From Candidatus Doudnabacteria bacterium (GTDB lineage: Bacteria > Patescibacteriota > Doudnabacteria > UBA920 > O2-02-FULL-48-8): a stretch of 64,000 bases of DNA. The position numbers and the translations under genes were made by a program. This document shows positions 37,750 to 46,400 of this stretch, in pieces (the stretch's first letter is position 1; the number at the start of each line of letters is the position of its first letter). The stretch is from positions 5,630 through 69,629 of the forward strand of contig JANWIA010000022.1 in NCBI GenBank assembly GCA_025450105.1, written 5' to 3'. The notes beneath the pieces were generated by a model. That model made no database searches and was not told the DNA's origin. It saw only the letters and a list, made by a program, of their open reading frames with translations.

Positions 37750-39711
37750 ATGTTTGGCAAACTCACATTAGCAGCGCTCCCACACGAATGGTTCACGATT
37801 GGCGGCACATTGTTTATGGCCGCATCGGGAATCGTGCTTTTTGCCGCGTTGACCTACTACAAAAAATGGGGCTGGTTGTGGAATGACTGGCTGACTTCCA
37901 CTGACCCAAAAAAAATCGGGATCATGTACGTCATTGTTGCGGCCGCGATGTTTGCGCGCGGCGCCTTGGATGCGGCCATCATCTGGTTTCATCAAGCAAT
38001 TTCGGTTGGACCAAATTCAGGATTGATGGACGCCGATCATTTTCAGCAAATCTTTACCGCCCATGGCGACATCATGATCTTTTTCGTGACCATGGGATTT
38101 TTGTTTGGTTTGCTTAACTACATTGTTCCGCTGCAAATTGGCGCGCGCGACGTGGCCTTCCCGTTCCTGAACACTTTAGGATTCTGGTTGTTTGTTGCCG
38201 GAGCGATTCTCATTAATTTATTCTTTGTCCTTGGCGGGGATTTTGCGGCCACGGGTTGGCTGGCGCAGGCGCCACTGTCGGAACTGGAATTCAGCCCCGG
38301 GGTCGGCGTGGATTATTGGATCTGGAGTTTGCAGGTTTCCGGACTCGGTACGCTGTTGGGCGGCATTAATTTATTAGTGACGATTTTAAAAATGCGCGCG
38401 CCAGGCATGACGCTCATGAAAATGCCGTTGTTTGTTTGGACCACGCTCTGCAGTATGGTCTTAGTCACGACAATTTTCCCAATCCTGACCATGACTATCT
38501 TCCTATTGTTCGTGGACCGGTATTTTGGCATGCACTTTTTTACTACCACCGGCGGCGGCAATCCAATGATGTACACCAACTTAATTTGGATGTGGGGCCA
38601 TCCGGAAGTTTATGTTTTAATTTTACCGGCGTTTGGGATTTATTCGGAAGTTGTCCAAACCTTTAGCCAAAAACGGTTAGCTGGTTACGTGTCGCTGGTT
38701 TGCGGCGCAATCGGCATTTCCATATTGGCGCTTGTCGTTTGGTTGCATCACTTCTTTACCATGGGCGCCGATTCCAATGTCAACGCCTTCTTTGGATTGA
38801 TGACTATGCTCATTGCTATTCCGACTGGTGTGCAAATTTTGAGCTGGCTAGCCACAATGTATAAAGGCAGGATCAAATTCACAACGCCAATGAAATGGTT
38901 TTTGGGATTCGTCAGCACTTTTACTTTTGGCGGCATGGCCGGACTGTTGTTAGCCGCGCCTCCTGCCGATTTCCAACTACATAACAGTTTATTTTTGGTC
39001 GCACACGTCCACACCATGATTGTCGGCGGCGCCCTGTTTGGAATTTTTGCCGGAATTATTTATTGGTTTCCAAAAGTTACCGGCTTCAAGCTTAACGAAA
39101 AAATCGGCAACTACGCATTTTGGTTTTGGCTGGTCGGGTTTTTCCTGTCCTTTACCCCACTTTATATTTTGGGGTTGATGGGCGCCACACGCCGCTTGGA
39201 CCACTATGAAGCATCAACCGGTTGGCAACCGCTGTTTATTGTTTCGGCCATCGGTTTGGTTGTCATTGCCATTGGTTTTGGTTTGCAGCTGTTGCAAATT
39301 TTCGTCAGCTACCTGCAGCGCAAACAAAATGCCGACACCACGGGCGATCCATGGAACGGCCGAACACTGGAATGGATGACCCAGTCCCCGCCGCCGGTTT
39401 ATAATTTTGCGATTGTGCCTCATGTAGAATCCCGCGAACCGCTGTGGGACTTGAAGCAGGCAGGAGGCAGAAGGCAAGAGACAGGACAATACGAAGATAT
39501 TCATATGCCAAAAAATACACCGCTGGGAATTTATACTGCCGGTTTTGCTTTCTTAATTGGTTTTGCTTTTATTTGGCACATTACTTGGTTGGTCATCGTC
39601 GGGTTAATCGGCGCCGTTGCCTGCATGATTTGGCGAACATTTGATGATGAGACGGAATATAAAATTAAAGCCTCAGAACTGGCAAAAATGGAATCAAAAC
39701 GAAACCTATGA
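37750..39711 (+). CDS. cyoB: Cytochrome bo3 ubiquinol oxidase subunit I (heme-copper oxidase)
   Basis: WMWGHPEVYVLILPAFG and His ligand pattern; 653 aa; start overlaps cyoA stop. Confidence 0.95.
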   Translation: MFGKLTLAALPHEWFTIGGTLFMAASGIVLFAALTYYKKWGWLWNDWLTSTDPKKIGIMYVIVAAAMFARGALDAAIIWFHQAISVGPNSGLMDADHFQQIFTAHGDIMIFFVTMGFLFGLLNYIVPLQIGARDVAFPFLNTLGFWLFVAGAILINLFFVLGGDFAATGWLAQAPLSELEFSPGVGVDYWIWSLQVSGLGTLLGGINLLVTILKMRAPGMTLMKMPLFVWTTLCSMVLVTTIFPILTMTIFLLFVDRYFGMHFFTTTGGGNPMMYTNLIWMWGHPEVYVLILPAFGIYSEVVQTFSQKRLAGYVSLVCGAIGISILALVVWLHHFFTMGADSNVNAFFGLMTMLIAIPTGVQILSWLATMYKGRIKFTTPMKWFLGFVSTFTFGGMAGLLLAAPPADFQLHNSLFLVAHVHTMIVGGALFGIFAGIIYWFPKVTGFKLNEKIGNYAFWFWLVGFFLSFTPLYILGLMGATRRLDHYEASTGWQPLFIVSAIGLVVIAIGFGLQLLQIFVSYLQRKQNADTTGDPWNGRTLEWMTQSPPPVYNFAIVPHVESREPLWDLKQAGGRRQETGQYEDIHMPKNTPLGIYTAGFAFLIGFAFIWHITWLVIVGLIGAVACMIWRTFDDETEYKIKASELAKMESKRNL

Positions 39712-40289
39712 TGCACACCGATGCCGGCCATAAAAATGTTTTAGGATTTTGGATCTATTTAATGACCGATCTTTTGATGTTCGCGGTTTTGTTTGCAACC
39801 TACGCCGTGTTGCGCACTAGCACGTTTGGCGGCCCGACCGAAAATGAATTGTTCAGCCTGCCCTTTGTTTTGATCGAAACCATGATCCTTCTAACCAGTA
39901 GTTTTACTGTCGGCGTGGCAATCCTAAACGTTGATCGCGAAAAAAATGCCATAAGGCACGTTGCAACTTGGCTCATCATTACTTTCGTGCTTGGTGTTTC
40001 GTTCTTGGCCATGGAACTCGACGAATTCGGAAAACTTATTGCCGACGGCCACAACTGGCAATCGAGCGCTTTCTTGTCGTCATTCTTTTCCTTGGTTGGC
40101 ACCCATGGCTTGCACATTGCCAGCGGTTTGCTCTGGATCCTGATCATGCTGGTTAAAATGTGGCAGCGCGGAGAAATCAACCACAACACCGCCCGGCAAA
40201 TTACTTTACTAAGCTTATTCTGGCACTTCCTGGATGTCGTTTGGATCTTCATTTTTAGTTTTGTTTATCTAATGGGAGTAGGCTTATGA
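39708..40289 (+). CDS. cyoC: Cytochrome bo3 ubiquinol oxidase subunit III
   Basis: 5-TM subunit III similarity; ATGA overlap with cyoB. Confidence 0.85.
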   Translation: MMHTDAGHKNVLGFWIYLMTDLLMFAVLFATYAVLRTSTFGGPTENELFSLPFVLIETMILLTSSFTVGVAILNVDREKNAIRHVATWLIITFVLGVSFLAMELDEFGKLIADGHNWQSSAFLSSFFSLVGTHGLHIASGLLWILIMLVKMWQRGEINHNTARQITLLSLFWHFLDVVWIFIFSFVYLMGVGL

Positions 40290-40630
40290 ACCACGCCAAA
40301 TTAAAATCCTATATTTTTGGATTCCTATCTTCAGTCATCCTTACCTTGCTAGCCTATTCTTTGGTCAATTTAAACTTGGCCAGTGGGCCGCAATTGACGA
40401 TTGGCATTATGAGCCTGGCCTTTATTCAAGCGTTAGTCCAGTTAGTTTTCTTTTTGCATCTGGGCCGCGAGCAGAGTCCAAAATGGAATCTGGCCGTATT
40501 CCTTTCCACCGCGTCCATGATTTTTTTGGTCATTTTTGCCTCGATTTGGATTATGAACAGTTTAAATTACCGCCACGCCCATCCGGATGACGTCACAAAT
40601 TATATTCTGGAACAAGAAGGAATCCATTAA
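40286..40630 (+). CDS. cyoD: Cytochrome bo3 ubiquinol oxidase subunit IV
   Basis: 3-TM, 114 aa, position in operon; ATGA overlap. Confidence 0.7.
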   Translation: MNHAKLKSYIFGFLSSVILTLLAYSLVNLNLASGPQLTIGIMSLAFIQALVQLVFFLHLGREQSPKWNLAVFLSTASMIFLVIFASIWIMNSLNYRHAHPDDVTNYILEQEGIH

Positions 40631-41484
40631 TGGTCCGCGTCTACTATAATTTGGCCAAGCCTGGTCTTGTTTACGGCAACTGCCTCACCGGCATGGCCGG
40701 TTTTTTATTAGCCTCTCAGGCTCATGTCAATTTTCTGCTCTTGCTCGAAACCATTGCAGGACTTGGATTGGTCATGGCTTCGGCCTGTGTCCTCAATAAT
40801 GTTTATGACGCGGATATTGATTCCAAAATGGAGCGAACCAAAACCCGGGCCACGGTCACCGGTGAAATTTCCAAATTCAACGCATCGATTTACGGAATTT
40901 TGCTCGGCCTTGCCGGCTACTCATTACTTTATTTCTATACCAATCTTTTGACGGTTGGCGTTGCCGCAGTCGGGACCATTGTTTACCTGCTATTTTACTC
41001 TCCGTTCAAACGCCGTTCGACAATGGCCACGATTGTCGGTGGCCTTTCCGGCGCCACCCCGCCGGTAATCGGGTACTGTGCCGTTACTAATAATTTTGAT
41101 TTAGGTGCGCTGCTACTTTTCCTCATTTTATTTTTCTGGCAACTGCCGCACTTTTATGCTATCTCCATTTACCGGCTTGGTGATTATACCGCTGCGGCCG
41201 TGCCCGTCATGTCTGTAAAAAAAGGAATTCGAGTTACCAAATTTAATATTCTTGTTTGTGTGATTGGATTTATTGCCTCTACTATATCGCTCAAACTCTA
41301 CGGTTACATTGGTCTGGTTTCAATAATCATTGTAGGGATTGTCAGTTTGAATTGGCTCCGTCTTGCCTTAAAGGGTTTCAGCGCAGAAAATGATGTAAAG
41401 TGGGCAAGGAAAATGTTTTTCTTTTCCTTGATTGTCCTGCTAACTCTTTCGGCCATGCTTTCTCTAGACGCGCTACTGATTTAA
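40630..41484 (+). CDS. cyoE: Protoheme IX farnesyltransferase (heme O synthase), UbiA family
   Basis: UbiA-type Asp-rich motifs (NNVYDADID); 284 aa; overlaps cyoD stop. Confidence 0.85.
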   Translation: MVRVYYNLAKPGLVYGNCLTGMAGFLLASQAHVNFLLLLETIAGLGLVMASACVLNNVYDADIDSKMERTKTRATVTGEISKFNASIYGILLGLAGYSLLYFYTNLLTVGVAAVGTIVYLLFYSPFKRRSTMATIVGGLSGATPPVIGYCAVTNNFDLGALLLFLILFFWQLPHFYAISIYRLGDYTAAAVPVMSVKKGIRVTKFNILVCVIGFIASTISLKLYGYIGLVSIIIVGIVSLNWLRLALKGFSAENDVKWARKMFFFSLIVLLTLSAMLSLDALLI

Positions 41485-41502
41485 TGATGGTATAATATTT
41501 AT

Positions 41503-41751
41503 ATGTTACTAACTATCCACATCATCACTGCCACAATCAATTTGATCCTTGCTGGGGTTTTGTACTTTAGGCCATCGGAATCAAAGCTATACACGACCTA
41601 TTTCATGACTGCGGCCATGTTAGCCACAGGCACTGCCCTGGTTTTTGCCAAACCTGTCCACATCACCCAAACCTGCCTTACCGGCCTGGCTTACTTAAGC
41701 CTGATCACTTATAATGTTGTTTCCGCCAGAAAACGAATGGCTCAACAATAA
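41503..41751 (+). CDS. Small two- to three-TM membrane protein immediately downstream of cyoE
   Basis: ORF, hydrophobic profile. Confidence 0.35.
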   Translation: MLLTIHIITATINLILAGVLYFRPSESKLYTTYFMTAAMLATGTALVFAKPVHITQTCLTGLAYLSLITYNVVSARKRMAQQ

Positions 41752-41947
41752 TAATCAAGAAACAAATCCCAAAGGACAAATAAGCTCCAACCTTCAATAC
41801 CCAATCTCTAATTGGGTATTTTATATTGATAATTGAGTATTATTTGAGATTTGATTATTGTTTTTTGGTGATTATTTATCCACAGCACTTTTTCTTGACG
41901 ATTAAATAAGAATTTAATATCTTAATTTCTTATTTAAAAATAAACCA

Positions 41948-42691
41948 ATGTGGTACGCCAACGATAATTACTCAAAAGAAGAACAACTAATTTTAATGGA
42001 ATTGGAATACGATTTGTTTCGCTGCAACCCTGGTCTTCGGGCCATGTGGCAGGATAATTTTCAGGAATATTTCCGTGGCACACTCAACGAGGAATATTGG
42101 AAGTACCGCGAGCGGGCGTGGTTGAGCAAACAAAAACTAAAAGGAAAACGTTTTGGTTTTAAAGATTATGAATGCGCCCATGCTATCGAAGAAATTATCC
42201 AATTGTCTACGCCCGATTCCGAAAACTTGGATTCTGTAACAGATGATCCTGATTTTGAGAAAAAAATAAAAGCCGTTTTCAAGAAAACGGACAGTAAACT
42301 TTTACGTTGGGCCAGGGGTTGGGCCGATTCCCTCATTCCTAAATTAGAAGTCCTCTACCAGGAATCAAACAACATCAATTGCTTTCGAATTTTAGTGAAC
42401 GCACCCTATATCCCGTCGAAAATTGTTTTTGCTTCCGTAGAAAATTACCGTGACTCAAAATTCGAATGCGATTTGCAATGGCGGACGGATAAAATTGGCT
42501 ACAGCCTGGCACTCGCCTCCTTGCGTCGTTGCTTGGAATCTTTGCAGGTATTACATTCGCATCCTAAGACCGAATGCAAATTAAATTACAAAGAATTACT
42601 GGTTAAGGGCTCGCATCTCGAAAATCTTATCCATGATGAGCTATCAAAAATAATTTTGGCTGTGCTGACACATAATCAATTAAAAGATTAG
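41948..42691 (+). CDS. Hypothetical protein (247 aa)
   Basis: ORF only; AT-rich upstream region with inverted repeat. Confidence 0.4.
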   Translation: MWYANDNYSKEEQLILMELEYDLFRCNPGLRAMWQDNFQEYFRGTLNEEYWKYRERAWLSKQKLKGKRFGFKDYECAHAIEEIIQLSTPDSENLDSVTDDPDFEKKIKAVFKKTDSKLLRWARGWADSLIPKLEVLYQESNNINCFRILVNAPYIPSKIVFASVENYRDSKFECDLQWRTDKIGYSLALASLRRCLESLQVLHSHPKTECKLNYKELLVKGSHLENLIHDELSKIILAVLTHNQLKD

Positions 42692-42760
42692 ATCCCGACA
42701 TTCGTCAAGAATGGAGTAAGTAAACATCCCGAACTTGTCCCATCAGACGGGTCAAGTTCT
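42691..42760. repeat. Degenerate palindromic repeat units (atcccgac-attc-gtcaagaat; atcccgaa..cccatcagacgggtc..)
   Basis: Same family, decayed copies. Confidence 0.5.
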
Positions 42761-42765
42761 TGTAT

Positions 42766-43401
42766 CTATTTCATCGGCACTGCAACTGGTTGTTCGGCCG
42801 GAGTTTTAAAAACAATATATTTATAGCCAAGAAAATCAATAAGCACGCCGACGATTGTGGCAATTAATTTGCCAATGTTTAACCACGCGCCCGGATTGAT
42901 TCCAAACATCGGACTCAAGTAACTGGTGAAAGCAACAATTATAACGCTGTTAGCAATTAAGCCAATAATGGTGACTAGCGCAAACTTTGGCACATCCTTA
43001 AATAAATGTCCCTGGTCTTCGGCTTTCTTAAACACCCAAAGCTTATTCCAAAAATAACTATTACTCGCTGCCAAGAATGTGCCTGGAACATTGTATCCGC
43101 CAACCAATAGTCCGGCGGTAACGCCTGTGATCAAACTGGCCATGTTCAGGACGCCAAAATTTATGGCAGTGTTAAGCACACCAATTTCAGCGAACTTGGC
43201 GATCTGTAAAATAACCGGCACCATCTTGGCGATTTCCTTGGCAACCTTCAAGCCAACAATCCAACAAAACGCCAACACAACCGGCAGTCCTGCCAGAATG
43301 GCAACGTGGTCATAACCGATGTTAATGATGGTCGGGATCAAGAAAATACCAGAAAGCAACCCGGCAATTGCAGCTAATCCATAATCCTTAGAAGTAATCA
43401 T
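42766..43401 (-). CDS. GtrA-family membrane protein
   Basis: C-terminal block IATIVGVLIDFLGYKYIVFK resembles GtrA. Confidence 0.55.
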   Translation of the reverse strand: MITSKDYGLAAIAGLLSGIFLIPTIINIGYDHVAILAGLPVVLAFCWIVGLKVAKEIAKMVPVILQIAKFAEIGVLNTAINFGVLNMASLITGVTAGLLVGGYNVPGTFLAASNSYFWNKLWVFKKAEDQGHLFKDVPKFALVTIIGLIANSVIIVAFTSYLSPMFGINPGAWLNIGKLIATIVGVLIDFLGYKYIVFKTPAEQPVAVPMK

Positions 43402-43447
43402 TTTGTTTCGTTAATTTGAGGCTTTTTTATATTATACCCAAAAATAA

Positions 43448-46400
43448 CTAAACCTTTAAGTCCTGGCTGACCCAGCCGTTGCCTGTGGTAAGTTCTTTTT
43501 GAAGGTGGCGAGGTTGTGGCACATCCCCGGATGTAGATGCATGCAGGTAGTACTTCCCTTTTGGAACCATCATAAAATATCGGCCGCGGAAATCCGACAC
43601 CGCAAAGGTCACGCGGTTGTTGGCGAGATCAGTCAAATAGATTGGGGCCAGGGCCATTGGCAAACCGGTGGCGCTGTTTCTGATGATGCCAAACGGTTTT
43701 GGCCGGATCTTAAGCAGGCGAGCAATGGCAATGAACACAAACAGGACGATCAATCCAAAACTGATGACATCCGGCTGGGCAATATAGCCGGCGACCGTAA
43801 GCGGAAACGCGGCCCAAAATGAGAAATTCGAAAAAGTGATCAAGGCTTTCCTAAACAAAGCCCGGGGCGAAGTTCTGGTTTTGGCAATTGGATCCATCGG
43901 TAAATCTAAATTGGAGCTTTGCTGTGGATTGACCGTAATCATGCCGCCCAAATATATGTCCCCGAATGGCATGTTGGCCATATCGGCAAAAGTTTTTTGG
44001 GTTGGGAATTTATATTTTGGGTGCTCGGCAAAAAATTGAATTTTCTGCTCCGATCCGGCCAGGCCTCGCGGCGAAATCAAAAATGCATACCGCCCATCCG
44101 GGCCGGCAATGGTTGATTCCAAAATTTTTAATCTTTCATTTAAGACATTAACATGGGCATGTGGAATCGGCTGCAAAGTTTTGGAATCAAAAACCACGCC
44201 CCAAGGGTTTCGTTTACGGCGCAACCCCAGCGCTTCCATCAAAGCCAAAATCCAATACTTAAAATAATTAACGCTGTTCAAACCGCTAAGCAAATCAATC
44301 AAAGCAGAACCGGTGGTAATCAACGGCGTGATCAAAAGCAAAAACGTTATAAACCTCAAACTCATCGTCCCACCCGGTACCATCTCCAAAATTTCCTGGG
44401 TCGATTCCTGGACTTGGTCCGGGACAAAACCTTGGGTGAAATCAAACGCCCCGCCAGAACCTTCATCATCTGTATCAACACTGCCCCCGCCATTTGGTCG
44501 GTCGATAGGCGGAGGTGGCGGAGTAATACTTGGCGTTTCCGGATCAGATGGTCCTGGAGGAGTCACCGGTGGCGGTGGCGGCGGATCTGGTAATGGTTCG
44601 TTGGTTTCGGTATCGAATCGTGATGGGCCGCCGGAAGAAGAGTTGTCCAACAAGACAGCCTGTTCCTCGTCAGTGTCATTTGCATAAACAAAAACGGTAT
44701 AAGTCCCTTCAACTGCTCCCGGCGGAATCACAACGGAAAATCCATGATCATCCGGATATCCAGTTACGTCATTAACATCCGGTCTTGGGTCATCGGCGAC
44801 AATAACAATCGGATCAGAGTCAGGAGAAGTCGGGTCTTCAAAATAAATTTCAATCGTTACCGGTGCATCCGGATCGTTTGGATCCACGGCCCAACCAGTG
44901 ATGACCGTGCCGCCATTTGTGCCATTCTCGTCAACGTGACCAATCGGATCGTCATTGCCTGGAGGGATAATTACTGGATCGTGGTCACAAATTACTGGCG
45001 GGGAAACATATAGGCTGTTGATGAACGCCCGGGTTGGCGTGACCAAATTACCGCTTTTGCCATTATTACCGATTAGATCAGCGTAGGCAGTTTGGAAACG
45101 GCGGACTGCATCACGGGTGTTGTCGCCGTAATACTCAACCTCGTGGCCCGGTGAACCAGCGCCACTTAGCGCGACCATGAATCCGTTATCGTTCAAAAAC
45201 CTCTGCAAATATACAACCTGCGGATGTGTTTGCCGATGCGAAATGTTTTCGGAAAATGAAATTTCCGGCGGACGCAACTGTATCGGCGGATACGACACAC
45301 AATCCGGTTCTGCAGGTGGAGGCGGCGGGATCACAACCGGCGGCGGCGGAGGTGGTGGTGGAGTTTCCGCTGCGGTCAGGACAATTGTATCCGACACAAC
45401 TTGCGACGAAGAATTTATATTTTTATAAAAACGAACATAGACAGTATAAGTTCCCGGCTCACAGGTAGATGTGAACTCACAAATGTCCCAGGATATAGTT
45501 TCCTCATAATCCATTTGCTCGTATGGTGACAACAATGAATGATCTGAGATCCTGATGTAGTTGGCATCCGGTCCGCCGGACAAAGTTAAAGTTACATTCC
45601 TGGAATTGGTTGTTGTGTCGCCAGAATTTATCGTCACCCTAAAGCCACCGTTAGGCTCCTGCATACCATTATTATTGTTTCCTCCCCCGCCCCCGTCTGC
45701 TGCGGCAGAAGTTGTGGCGGAATCAGTAACCGCTGAAGTTTCTGTTCCGTCGCCATTGCGGGCTTTCACGGAAAAATTATAAAGCGTGGATGGTGACAAC
45801 GAAGTAGACATCCACGATACACCGTCCGCGACCCAACCCGAATCTGTTGATGCTGTTGTGTTAGCGGCAAAAAATGCCGTACCGGCCGGGTTACTGTTGA
45901 CGTTCCAAGTTGCCGTAATTTGAGAGGATGAATCAACAGTTAATATTAAGGCGCTTGGCGGATTGGCCAAAGTATATGCGCTGCTATTGGCAGAGTTGGC
46001 AGTATTGCCTGCTAAATCTGTGACTGTTACAAAGAAAGTGTACTGGACATTAACGCTTAATCCATTGCTGGCCCACGACGTACCGGCTTGCGCTCCAGAA
46101 CTGGTCGCCGCGGTGGAGTTTTGAATATTATATGGTGCTGCTGCCAAACCAGATAAAGCATCCGAAGCACCGGCAACCGTTGCGGTTATCGATGATGTTG
46201 TAATTGTCCCTGTAGAAACTGTTCCTGCAGTTGGTGCGGCAGTATCAACCTTAAAGGCAATCGCGCCGCTATTGGCGGTCGAATAAGAAGATTCGGCAGC
46301 CGAATTATCAATGGCTTTTACTTGCCAATAGTAGCCGGAGCTGTCGGCCAAGGTTTGCCCGCCTGATCCTGTAGTATACGATCCACCGCCAGCCGCTTGG

